The notes below the pieces were generated by a model, which was not told the DNA's origin, did not search any database, and was given only the letters and a program-made list of their open reading frames with translations. Position numbers and translations under genes: made by a program. This document shows, one piece after another, positions 1 through 8,255 of a stretch of 64,000 nt of DNA. Origin of the DNA: Acidimicrobiales bacterium. Its GTDB lineage: Bacteria; Actinomycetota; Acidimicrobiia; Acidimicrobiales; Bog-793. The stretch spans positions 4,897 to 68,896 of the forward strand of contig DATGKK010000145.1 of NCBI GenBank assembly GCA_035294725.1, in the 5' to 3' direction. Position 1 is the stretch's first letter. Every line of letters starts with the position of its first letter.

Positions 1-76
1 GCAGGCGCTGCGCCACGGCGTCGCGTAGCGAGCCGATCTCAGGAACAGCCTCGGCGGCGCTCGCTTGCGCGCTCAT
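1..76 (-). CDS. N-terminal fragment of a second ABC-type gene (runs off the window)
   Basis: The ATG at 76..74 overlaps the TGA (75..73) of the upstream ABC gene (ATGA coupling). It reads MSAQASAAEAVPEIGSLRDAVAQRL with GC-rich third positions. Function is inferred only from the tandem position. Confidence 0.35.
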   Translation of the reverse strand, partial: MSAQASAAEAVPEIGSLRDAVAQRL

Positions 77-1854
77 GCCGCGGGCTGCTCCTCGCGGGCG
101 AGCACCCGCCGGTACTCGGCGGACCGCTCCAGCAGCTCCGCGTGGGTTCCCTCGGCGACCACCCTCCCCCCGGAGATGAGCGCTACCCGGTCCGCGAGGG
201 CGATCGTGGCGATGCGGTGGGCGATCAGCACCGTCGTGCGCCCCTTCATCGCTGCAGCGAGCGAGGATGCGATCTCCCGCTCCTTCTCGGGGTCGACGGC
301 CGAGGTGGCGTCGTCGAGGATGAGGACGCGCGGGTCGCCGAGCAGGGCTCGAGCGATCGCGATGCGCTGGCGCTGGCCGCCCGAGAGCGAGAGCCCCCGC
401 TCTCCGAGGGTCGTCTCGTAACCTTCGGGGAGAGCGCTGATGAATTCGTCAGCTCCGGCGAGGCGGGCTGCGGCCCGCACCTCCGCCAGGCTGGCCTTCG
501 GTTCCGCGAAGGCGATGTTCGCCCGTATCGTGTCCGAGAAGAGGAAGGTGTCCTCGAAGACGATGCCGACGGTCCGCCGAAGCTCGGCGAGGCGAAGCTG
601 GCGCACGTCCATCCCGGCGATCGTGACCCGGCCTGCATCGACGTCGTAGAAGCGGGGGATCAGCTTGGCTACCGTTGACTTTCCCGAGCCGGTCGCCCCG
701 ACAAGGGCGACCGACTGTCCGGCAGGCACGACGAGGTCGAAGCCGTCAAGCACGAGGCGGCGCGTCCCTCCGCCGTCGGCCTGGCTTTCTGCCTGGTGCT
801 CCGGGTCGCTCGCGTAGGAGAAGCGGACCTGCTCGAAGCGGATCTCCGACCCGGTTGGCGGGAGTGGCACCGGAGAGGGAGGGTCGGTGATGACCGGTGC
901 CAGCGAGAGGATCTGGTCGACCCGTTCACAGGCTGCCACGGTCCGCTGCGCCTGGCCGACGACGTAGCCGAGGTTCGTGAGGGGCGCGATCAGCATCTGA
1001 ACGTAGAAGGTGGCGGTGACGAGCGTGCCGACTTCGAGATGGTGCTCCATGACGAGGCGGCCGCCGTCGTAGAGAACACCGACGAGGCCGAGCGCCGGCA
1101 GGAGGTTGACCACGGACGCGAGGCCGGACCGGATGCGAACGGTGGTGATCGCCTTCGCCAGCACCGAGCGGGCTCGCTCCACCATGGCGTTCCCGACGAC
1201 CCGCTCCGCTCCGAGGCCCTTCACGGTCCTCATGCCGCTCACCGTCTCCTCGGCGAGGCTCGAGAGCTCTCCGAGCTCGTTCTGGAGCGACATGGCCGCC
1301 GGGTGCATGCGCAGACTGAATCGCCGGATCGTCACTCCGAGCACGAGGAGGGGCCAGAGCGCCAGGAGCGCGAGCAGCGGCTGGATGGCGAGAAGGATCG
1401 CTGTCACGACAGCGAGAAGGAGCATGCTCGCGATCGTGATCGGGCCGTTCATCAGCAGGTCCGACACCGCCTGGAGGTCGGTCGCCGAGCGGGACATGAG
1501 CTGGCCGGTCTGGGCCCGGTCGTGGAAGGCGAAGTGGAGCCGCTGCAGGTGGGCGAACAGGCGCTGGCGAAGGTCCGTCTCCACCTGGTAGGCGAGGCGC
1601 ATCGCCGAGTAGCGGCGAACGCCGGCGAAAAGAGCCTGTGCCGCCCCGACCGCCGCGATGAGGCCGGCGTAAAAGGCGACAGCCCCGAGGTCGCGTGGGT
1701 CGATGCCGCGGTCGATCCCGATACCGAGCAGCAGCGGCACCGACACCTTGCACGCCGTCCACACAAGGGCGCCGCCGAGACCCTGGAGGAGGATCTTCCG
1801 GCGCCGGAGGACGGAGCTGAGCAGCAGGCGCCAACCCGTTGCCGAGCGCGCCAC
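73..1854 (-). CDS. ABC exporter, fused permease/ATPase (MsbA/MdlB-like type I exporter)
   Basis: Six-TM region followed by Walker A GATGSGKST, signature LSGGQRQR and Walker B ILILDDATSAVD. The listed ORF extends to 2154 but overlaps the ArsR gene. A GTG at 1854 lies 8 nt after the ArsR stop and is the likely start. Confidence 0.85.
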   Translation of the reverse strand: MARSATGWRLLLSSVLRRRKILLQGLGGALVWTACKVSVPLLLGIGIDRGIDPRDLGAVAFYAGLIAAVGAAQALFAGVRRYSAMRLAYQVETDLRQRLFAHLQRLHFAFHDRAQTGQLMSRSATDLQAVSDLLMNGPITIASMLLLAVVTAILLAIQPLLALLALWPLLVLGVTIRRFSLRMHPAAMSLQNELGELSSLAEETVSGMRTVKGLGAERVVGNAMVERARSVLAKAITTVRIRSGLASVVNLLPALGLVGVLYDGGRLVMEHHLEVGTLVTATFYVQMLIAPLTNLGYVVGQAQRTVAACERVDQILSLAPVITDPPSPVPLPPTGSEIRFEQVRFSYASDPEHQAESQADGGGTRRLVLDGFDLVVPAGQSVALVGATGSGKSTVAKLIPRFYDVDAGRVTIAGMDVRQLRLAELRRTVGIVFEDTFLFSDTIRANIAFAEPKASLAEVRAAARLAGADEFISALPEGYETTLGERGLSLSGGQRQRIAIARALLGDPRVLILDDATSAVDPEKEREIASSLAAAMKGRTTVLIAHRIATIALADRVALISGGRVVAEGTHAELLERSAEYRRVLAREEQPAA

Positions 1855-1862
1855 GGGTGCCG

Positions 1863-2216
1863 TCAGGCTGAGGGCGCGAGGGCGTGCAGCTCCTGCTGGC
1901 GCTCCGTCTCGTCGCTCATGATCTCTCGCAGCAGGTCGACGGCCTGGAGCACCTTCGGGTACCTGAGCGAGTAGTAGACGCTGTTGCCCTGGCGGGTTGC
2001 GACCACGAGACCACGGTCGCGCAGGATCGCGAGGTGCTGGGAGGTGTTCGACTGCGGCGTCTCGAGTAGCTCGCTCAGCTCCGACACCGTGAGCGGTCCC
2101 TCTCGCAGCGCGTACAGGAGGGTGAGGCGCTTCGGGTCGTTCAGTGCCTTGCACATGCTCGACGCCAACTCCTCGAGCTGGAGGCGGAGCCGGGCGTCGA
2201 CGGCGGTGTCAGGCAC
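1863..2216 (-). CDS. ArsR/SmtB-family transcriptional regulator (possible sHdrR/BigR-like sulfur-responsive repressor)
   Basis: 117 aa with a winged HTH: LNDPKRLTLLYALREGPLTVSELSELLETPQSNTSQHLAILRDRGLV. It has a single Cys (SSMCKAL). It is divergent from the tusA-hdr cluster. Confidence 0.85.
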   Translation of the reverse strand: MPDTAVDARLRLQLEELASSMCKALNDPKRLTLLYALREGPLTVSELSELLETPQSNTSQHLAILRDRGLVVATRQGNSVYYSLRYPKVLQAVDLLREIMSDETERQQELHALAPSA

Positions 2217-2336
2217 AGCCCCAGGCTACGGCGTCGCCGGCACCAGCGCCAAGAACGCTCGTCGCGGGTGCCCGGGTCGCGTGCCGGAGACCCTTGACTC
2301 GCCCGACGCGTGGTGTTAGGAAAGCGGGAGCGAGCG

Positions 2337-2365
2337 TATGCAGATATGCGTGAGTCCGCATGTGC
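2337..2365. promoter_or_regulatory. Candidate operator in the arsR/tusA divergent intergenic region
   Basis: TATGCAGATATGCGTGAGTCCGCATGTGC contains a direct TATGC-N3-TATGC and an inverted ATATGCG-N6-CGCATGT (6/7 match). It is unusually AT-rich for this DNA. A TTGACT hexamer lies at 2294-2299. Confidence 0.25.
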
Positions 2366-2427
2366 TTGCGAGCGGGCGATCGAAAGAGGGCCCGAGGGAG
2401 GGAGAGCGATGCCGGGGAACCACGGCG

Positions 2428-2667
2428 ATGCCTGAGGTGACGCCAGCTTCGACGCTGGACTGCACGGGCCTCCAATGCCCCTTGCCCGTCATCAAGACCG
2501 CCCAGGCGATCAAGGAGATCGGGATCGGCGAGGTTCTCGAGCTGATCGCCACCGATCCCGGGGTCGAGCCCGACATGAAGGCCTGGAGCTCGCGCACCGG
2601 GAACGAGCTCCTCGGCATCCGTCAGGAGGGCGAGGTCTTCCACGTCCTCCTCCGCCGGAGCGTCTAG
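2428..2667 (+). CDS. tusA: TusA/SirA-family sulfur carrier
   Basis: 79 aa from the internal ATG. It carries the LDCTGLQCPLPVIK motif (CPxP active-site Cys). The upstream part of the listed ORF is Arg-rich junk. Confidence 0.85.
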   Translation: MPEVTPASTLDCTGLQCPLPVIKTAQAIKEIGIGEVLELIATDPGVEPDMKAWSSRTGNELLGIRQEGEVFHVLLRRSV

Positions 2668-2676
2668 GCGCCGGCC

Positions 2677-3060
2677 GTGTGGAGCGACGACGAGGGCGAC
2701 AAGGTCCTCTACGTGCAGACACATGGCGTGGACGACCCCGGCCGGTGCGCGACGCCCTTTTTCCTCGCGGCCTCGGCGGCGGCGATGGAGTGCGAGGTGG
2801 CGATCTATTTCACGATGTACGGACCGCAGCTGCTGCAACGGAGCGTCGTCGACAAGATCGGCCCCAAGGGCGACCGCGGTCAGCCGCTCGCCTACTTCAT
2901 CAAGCAAGCCCGCGACCTCGGTGTCCGCCTGTACGTCTGCCAGCCCTCGCTCGACCTGAACGACCTCAGCCTCGAGGACCTCATCGACGGCGTCGAGATG
3001 ATCGGCGGCGCCGCCTTCAACGACCTCGCGATCCGAGCCGATGCCGTCGTCTCCTTCTGA
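2677..3060 (+). CDS. DsrE/DsrF-family sulfurtransferase
   Basis: 127 aa with a GTG start 10 nt after the tusA stop. DsrE-like fold signature (KVLYVQTHG..., YVCQPSLD). Confidence 0.8.
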   Translation: MWSDDEGDKVLYVQTHGVDDPGRCATPFFLAASAAAMECEVAIYFTMYGPQLLQRSVVDKIGPKGDRGQPLAYFIKQARDLGVRLYVCQPSLDLNDLSLEDLIDGVEMIGGAAFNDLAIRADAVVSF

Positions 3061-3802
3061 CGTGGCCGTCGCCGCCGTCGCCGAGCGGCCCTCGGTGAGG
3101 GGAGCCGCCGTGAAGGCCGAAGCGGTCGCCGGCTTCGAAGAGGTCAGCTACGAGGAAAAGCGTCGCCTGTTCGAGGAGATCAAGTCCGACCTGCGCTTCC
3201 CCGACTACCTCTACGGCTGCTACGAGTGCGGCATCTGCGTGGCGGTGTGCCCGTCTGCCCGCTTCTACGACTTCAGCCCGCGCCGCATCGCCCAGGCTGC
3301 CGCCCGCGAGGACGTCGAGCTCGTCTACCAGCAGATGCAGGAGGACATCTGGGAGTGCTCCCAGTGCTTCTCCTGCCTCCGCTGCCCCCGGGGCAACAAC
3401 CCGGGGGGGATCATCACGATCATGCGGGAGGTCGCCGTCAACCACGGCCTTGCCTCGGCCAAGGAGGCCCTCGAGGGCTACTCCCGGATCATCTACAAGA
3501 TCATGTCGACCGGGACGCAGGTCTCCCCTGACATGCTGCAGCCGGACGCCTTCCCGGACTGGGGGCCCGAGGTAGCCGACGTCTCGAACCAGCTCGCGCT
3601 CTGGCGCCGCGCGCTCCCGCCCGAGACCCTCCACACGACGTCGACCGGTTGGGACGTGTCCGAACGGACCCTGATCGAGCTGTACCTGATCTGGCTCGAG
3701 ACCGGTGCGCTCGACATGATCCGTGACGTCGACGAAGGCCTGCACATGATCCTCGAGGAGGTCATGGAGGAGCGCCTGGAGGAGGAGGGGATCGAGAGAT
3801 GA
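3041..3802 (+). CDS. hdrC1: Heterodisulfide-reductase-like subunit C (sHdrC1), 2x[4Fe-4S] ferredoxin domain
   Basis: Carries CYECGICVAVCP and CSQCFSCLRCP motifs. The ATG at 3041 overlaps the dsrE end by 20 nt. An alternative GTG lies at 3062. Confidence 0.85.
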   Translation: MPSSPSDVAVAAVAERPSVRGAAVKAEAVAGFEEVSYEEKRRLFEEIKSDLRFPDYLYGCYECGICVAVCPSARFYDFSPRRIAQAAAREDVELVYQQMQEDIWECSQCFSCLRCPRGNNPGGIITIMREVAVNHGLASAKEALEGYSRIIYKIMSTGTQVSPDMLQPDAFPDWGPEVADVSNQLALWRRALPPETLHTTSTGWDVSERTLIELYLIWLETGALDMIRDVDEGLHMILEEVMEERLEEEGIER

Positions 3803-3869
3803 AGACCCGAGCGCCCCGGGCGCGACCCGCCTGCACGACCCCGTCGCGACGACGCCGGAGGGAGGACTG

Positions 3870-5063
3870 ATGCCGATCCCTGTCGAGGTGATGCTGAAGA
3901 AGAAGGAGCGGTTCGAGCGGGACCCCGACACCGTGCCGGCCGACTTCCACGATGAGCTGTTCCGGCTTGAGGCAGAAGGCGAGCTCGTCGTGCAGCGGGT
4001 GCCGGACGGGGTTCCCGTCGTCGAGGTCCCGACAAAGTACGGCCGCCCGAAGCTCGTGCCGAAGGGCCATCTCTGGCACCACAAGTCGTGCGGCCAGTGC
4101 GGCCACATCCCCGGCTACTCCACCTCGATCTTCTGGGTGATGCGCAAGCTTGGCTACGACTACGAGGATCCGAGGGACCAGACGTCGTGCACGGCGTGGA
4201 ACTACTACGCGAGCGCGACGTCGAACGAGGCCGCGCAGGCGGCGGTCGCGCTGCGCAACTTCGCGACGGCCTACGAGAGCGGATACTTCCCCCTCATCCA
4301 CTGCGGCACCTCCTACGGCCACTACAAGGAGGTGAGGGCCGAGCTGCTTCGTCACCCGGAGCTCCGTGCCGAGGTGCGACGGGTCATGGACAAGCTCGGG
4401 AAGCCCGTCGTGCTGCCCGAGGAGATCGTCCACTACTCGGAGTGGTTCTACGCGATGCGGGACGAGATCGCTGCCCACCAGGTCCGGGACTTCTCGGGCA
4501 TCGCCGTAACGGTGCACCCCGCCTGTCACTACTACAAGCTTGTCGAAGGTGACGCCATCTACGACCCGGACGTCTACGGAGGCCAACGGACTGCCGTCGT
4601 GACGGCCCTCGCCGAAGCGCTTGGCGCCGAGGTCCGCTCCTACTCGACGTGGTTCGACTGCTGCGGCTTCGGCTTCCGTCACATCCTCGTCCAGCGCGAC
4701 TTCACCCGGTCGTTTGCAACGATCCGCAAGATCGAGGTGATGAAGGAGGAAGCGGACCCCGACGTCGTGCTGACCCACGACACCGGCTGTGTCACCACCC
4801 TCGACAAGAGCCAGTTCGCCGCTCAGGCCCACGGCCGCAACGTCGGCGTCGCCGTCATGTCGGAGGCGCAGTTCGCGGCGCTCGCCATGGGCGCCCATCC
4901 CTACAAGGTCTGCCAGCTCCACTGGCACTCCGCCGACTACCGCCCGCTGCTCGAGAAGATGGGCATCGACTGGGAGCAGGCGTGGGCGGAGTTCGAGGCC
5001 GACGTCGCGCGTCTCGAGCGGGGGGAGAAGGAGTTTCTCAGCTGGGAGGACGTGGACGCCTGA
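3870..5063 (+). CDS. hdrB1: Heterodisulfide-reductase-like subunit B (sHdrB1), CCG domains
   Basis: Cys-rich CCG-type segments (SCGQCGH, HPACHYYK, FDCCGFGF). A GGAGGGAGG RBS lies upstream. Confidence 0.9.
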   Translation: MPIPVEVMLKKKERFERDPDTVPADFHDELFRLEAEGELVVQRVPDGVPVVEVPTKYGRPKLVPKGHLWHHKSCGQCGHIPGYSTSIFWVMRKLGYDYEDPRDQTSCTAWNYYASATSNEAAQAAVALRNFATAYESGYFPLIHCGTSYGHYKEVRAELLRHPELRAEVRRVMDKLGKPVVLPEEIVHYSEWFYAMRDEIAAHQVRDFSGIAVTVHPACHYYKLVEGDAIYDPDVYGGQRTAVVTALAEALGAEVRSYSTWFDCCGFGFRHILVQRDFTRSFATIRKIEVMKEEADPDVVLTHDTGCVTTLDKSQFAAQAHGRNVGVAVMSEAQFAALAMGAHPYKVCQLHWHSADYRPLLEKMGIDWEQAWAEFEADVARLERGEKEFLSWEDVDA

Positions 5064-5083
5064 GGGCGCCGAGCACAGCTCTC

Positions 5084-5107
5084 GGCGGGGCACGCCGTCG
5101 CCCCGCC
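5084..5107 (+). other. Intra-operon GC stem-loop between hdrB1 and hdrA
   Basis: GGCGGGGC-acgccgtc-GCCCCGCC forms a perfect 8-bp stem, followed by ACTTTC and then the hdrA RBS GGGGAG. Confidence 0.3.
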
Positions 5108-5125
5108 ACTTTCAGGGGAGAAGAG

Positions 5126-6196
5126 ATGACGACTGAGCAGGGCGCAGAGCAGGTGGTGGCCGTCATCGGCGGCGGCCCGGCCGGACTCGCCGCAGCGAGG
5201 ACGGCCGCCGACCTCGGTGCTCGGGTCGCGTTGATCGAGCGGCTCGACTTCCTCGGCGGCATGCCGATCATCGAGAACTACGCCGCCATCACGCCCAATC
5301 TCGAGCCGGCCGAGGTGGCGATGGGACGGATGACCGCCGCCGTGGAAGGCGACCCTCGCATCGAGGTGCTGCTCGGCAGCGAGGTGACGTCCTGCGAAGG
5401 TGAGGCCGGCGGGTTCACGCTCGCTCTCGCCGTCCCCGGCGGGAGCCGGCAGCTCACAGCAGGCGCGGTCGTCGTCGCGACCGGTTTCCAGCACTTCGAC
5501 CCCGGCCGCGAGACCCAGATGTACGGCTACTACGAGTTCCCCGACGTCATCGCCCTCCAGGATCTCGAGGCGATGCTGAAGGACCACCACGTGGTCCGGC
5601 CCTCGAACGGCGAGCCGCCGGCCCGGATCTGCTTCGTCCAGTGCGTGGGCAGCCGGGACCGCCAGATCGGCAACGAGTACTGCTCGAAGGTGTGCTGCGG
5701 GATCGCTTCGAAGGAGGCGATCGAGGTTCGCCAGCAGCTCCCTGGCTGCGAGGTGTTCATCTTCTACATCGACATGCGGATGTACGGCTACTGGGAGAAC
5801 CAGATCTACTGGCCGGCCCAGGAGCAGCACCACGTCCAGTACGTGAAGGGCGTCATCAGCGAGGTCCTGCCGAAGGGAGACCGCCTGCTCGTCCGCGGCG
5901 AGGACACCACGATGGGCCGGCCGATGGAGGTGTTGATGGACCTCGTCGTGCTCTCGGTGGGCATGGAGCCCTCGCCGGGAACCCGCAAGATGGCCGCCGT
6001 CCTCGGCATTCGCCAGAACCGCTACGGCTTCATCGACGCGGCCCATCCCCCGCTCGACACCGTGAGCACGAGCCGCCCCGGGGTGTTCGCGGCGGGAGCG
6101 GCCCTTGGGCCGGCCGACCTCGAGGACAGCGTCTCGACGGGCGCCGCCGCCGCGTCCCGTGCGGTCGCACTGCTGCGGAGCCCGGTCGGGGCGTGA
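5126..6196 (+). CDS. hdrA: Heterodisulfide-reductase-like subunit A (sHdrA), FAD plus [4Fe-4S]
   Basis: VAVIGGGPAGLAAA dinucleotide fold and a CVGSRDRQIGNEYCSKVCC cluster motif. Internal ATG with a GGGGAG RBS. Confidence 0.9.
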   Translation: MTTEQGAEQVVAVIGGGPAGLAAARTAADLGARVALIERLDFLGGMPIIENYAAITPNLEPAEVAMGRMTAAVEGDPRIEVLLGSEVTSCEGEAGGFTLALAVPGGSRQLTAGAVVVATGFQHFDPGRETQMYGYYEFPDVIALQDLEAMLKDHHVVRPSNGEPPARICFVQCVGSRDRQIGNEYCSKVCCGIASKEAIEVRQQLPGCEVFIFYIDMRMYGYWENQIYWPAQEQHHVQYVKGVISEVLPKGDRLLVRGEDTTMGRPMEVLMDLVVLSVGMEPSPGTRKMAAVLGIRQNRYGFIDAAHPPLDTVSTSRPGVFAAGAALGPADLEDSVSTGAAAASRAVALLRSPVGA

Positions 6197-6942
6197 GCCG
6201 AGCAGTGGCTGTCGTGCCCGGACCCACGGTCGACGTCCTTGCGGCCGGCGAGTTCATGTCCGAGGTCCTCGCCCGGGTCGAGCGGACTGTCCTCGACCAG
6301 ATCGCCGGCGAGCTCGAGGCCAAGCACCAACTGTTCTCGCGGCTGCTCGCCGACGGCCGGGCGCGTTCGCTCGACGCGGCCGGAGCGCGCGAGGTGCTGC
6401 GGGCGATCTTCGCCACTCGCCGCCGGGCGGACGGGATCGTCGCCGAGCTCGGCCCCGAGCGGCTCGCCCACGCGGTGGCGGAGCTGCTGGACGGCGAGGG
6501 TCCCCTGGCCGCGCGCTTCGCGGAGTTCGACGAGCGCCTCAGCCCCGTCGCCGATGCCGCCTTCGACCTGCCCGGGGAGTTGCTCCACTTCACCTATCCC
6601 GATCGCTACTGGCTCTGGACGCGCTGGATGTGGGACCCGCGGATCGAGACCGGCTCACTCCGGCTCGTGACGAGCGAGGAGCTCGACCTCACCGCCGAGG
6701 GCCGGGGCGAGGGCTACCTGCGCGTCGGACAGGCGGTCGCGCTCGTCCACGAGATGGGGCGTGCCGGCGGCTTCGTCACTGGCGAGGAGCTGTTCGGCAC
6801 CGACGTCTTCCTTGCCTGTGTCTACGCCATCTACATGTACACCGTCCTTCGCATGCGGATGACCCAGGAGTTCAACCGCATCGTGCCCGAGCTGCCGGAC
6901 CTCGTTCGCCGGCTGCTCGGAGTCCGTCACCTTCCCCGCTGA
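6193..6942 (+). CDS. Conserved hypothetical protein at the 'hyp' position of hdrC1B1A-hyp-hdrC2B2
   Basis: The GTG at 6193 overlaps the hdrA TGA (GTGA). About 249 aa with GC3-rich coding. No motif recognised. An alternative ATG lies at 6256. Confidence 0.7.
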   Translation: MSRAVAVVPGPTVDVLAAGEFMSEVLARVERTVLDQIAGELEAKHQLFSRLLADGRARSLDAAGAREVLRAIFATRRRADGIVAELGPERLAHAVAELLDGEGPLAARFAEFDERLSPVADAAFDLPGELLHFTYPDRYWLWTRWMWDPRIETGSLRLVTSEELDLTAEGRGEGYLRVGQAVALVHEMGRAGGFVTGEELFGTDVFLACVYAIYMYTVLRMRMTQEFNRIVPELPDLVRRLLGVRHLPR

Positions 6943-6950
6943 GGAGCGCC

Positions 6951-8255
6951 ATGCCGATCGGAGGTCGCAAGCAAGCACCCACCGTCGTGGAGGAGGAGAT
7001 GGCCGTTGTCACCTCGGCCATCTCCGGGCGGACCTCTGAGCTCCCGGCGATGTGGAACCGCATGTTGGAGCCGCGGGTCCTGCGTGACTACGCGGCCGGC
7101 GGCTTCGCCCGCCTCTCGGAGCTCGAGGGAGGGGAGTCGCTCGAGTGGTGCTACGGCTGCGGCAAGTGCGTGCCGGTCTGCCCGGTGGACCTCGTGGGCG
7201 AGTACGGCCCTCGCAAGCTCCACCGCAAGGTGCAGTCCGGCGTCGACCTGTTGGCCGACGACGACCTGTGGCTCTGCACGACCTGCATGAACTGCCTGAG
7301 GGTCTGCCCCAAGCAGGTCGACATGGTGCAGGTGATGCCGGCGGCGAGGGGAGCGGCCGTCGCCTCTGCTGCGGTGCCCGCCGAGTTGCAGGAGGTGTTC
7401 GAGAAGACCTTCCGCTACGGCAACTGCCTCGGGGAGAACCCCCGACGGCGCCACGCCTGGACCCGTGGCGCCGGCGTGCCCGTGCGCGTCCTCGCCGACG
7501 AGCCGGGGCCTGTCGACGTCCTTTTCTACGTCGAGGACTACTGGAGCTACCACCCTCGCGGGCAGCAGGCGGCCCAGGCATTCGCCCGGGTGCTCACGGC
7601 CCTCGGGGTCGACTTCGCCATCCTCGGCGCCGAGGAGAAGACGGTCGGCGATTCGCAGCGGCTTGCCGGCGAGGCGGGCCTTTTCGAAGCGCTCATGGAG
7701 GAGGTCGCCTCCACCCTCAGCCGGTACGAGTTCCGCCGGATCGTCACGCCGGACCCGCACGGCTTCAACGCCCTCGTGAAGGAGTACCCCAAGCGTGGCC
7801 ACCACTACGAGGTGCTGCACTACACGCAGCTGCTGGCGCCCCTCGTGCCGAAGATCTCGTGGGCACGGAGCCTCGATCGGGTCGTCACCTTTCACGATCC
7901 CTGCTATCTCGGGCGCCACAACGGCGAGTACGACGCGCCCCGCGCCCTCATCGAGGCGATCCCAGGCATCCGCCTCGTCGAGATGGGCCGCTGCAGGGAG
8001 AACGGCTACTGCTGCGGCGGCGGCGGCGGCGGGATGTGGCTCGACGGCTTCACCTCGAACCACACGACCGAGCGCCTGTCCGAGCGGAGGGTCCGCGAGG
8101 CGGCCGAGACCGGCGCCGAGGTCCTCGCCGTCTGCTGCCCCTACGAGGTCTCGCGCTTCGAGGACGCCGCCAAGTCGACCGGCAACGAGCAGCTCCAGGT
8201 CCGAGACATCGTCGAGCTCCTCGACGAGGCGATGGGAGCCCCCGGTGCCAGCTGA
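6951..8255 (+). CDS. Fused HdrC2-HdrB2 (HdrD-like) Fe-S/CCG protein
   Basis: N-terminal CYGCGKCVPVCP and CTTCMNCLRVCP, followed by HDPCYLGRH and YCCGGGGG CCG motifs in one 434-aa ORF. A GAGGAG RBS lies at 6941. Confidence 0.85.
   Translation: MPIGGRKQAPTVVEEEMAVVTSAISGRTSELPAMWNRMLEPRVLRDYAAGGFARLSELEGGESLEWCYGCGKCVPVCPVDLVGEYGPRKLHRKVQSGVDLLADDDLWLCTTCMNCLRVCPKQVDMVQVMPAARGAAVASAAVPAELQEVFEKTFRYGNCLGENPRRRHAWTRGAGVPVRVLADEPGPVDVLFYVEDYWSYHPRGQQAAQAFARVLTALGVDFAILGAEEKTVGDSQRLAGEAGLFEALMEEVASTLSRYEFRRIVTPDPHGFNALVKEYPKRGHHYEVLHYTQLLAPLVPKISWARSLDRVVTFHDPCYLGRHNGEYDAPRALIEAIPGIRLVEMGRCRENGYCCGGGGGGMWLDGFTSNHTTERLSERRVREAAETGAEVLAVCCPYEVSRFEDAAKSTGNEQLQVRDIVELLDEAMGAPGAS

Noticed and set aside
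2294-2322. TTGACT-N17-TAGGAA as the tusA promoter.
   Set aside because: The -10 candidate lacks the conserved final T of TANNNT, so it cannot be supported without TSS data. It is kept only as a note in the operator feature.
3762-5093. Long alternative-frame or antisense ORFs throughout the track (for example 3762-5093-, 796-1974+, 6927-8408-, 12719-13987-, 14810-16642-, 26285-28810-, 43435-45342+, 53873-55120+, 56107-57774+).
   Set aside because: They overlap genes that have clear family motifs. They are Arg/Pro/Gly-rich with no motifs, and they are the expected stop-poor shadow frames of very GC-rich DNA.
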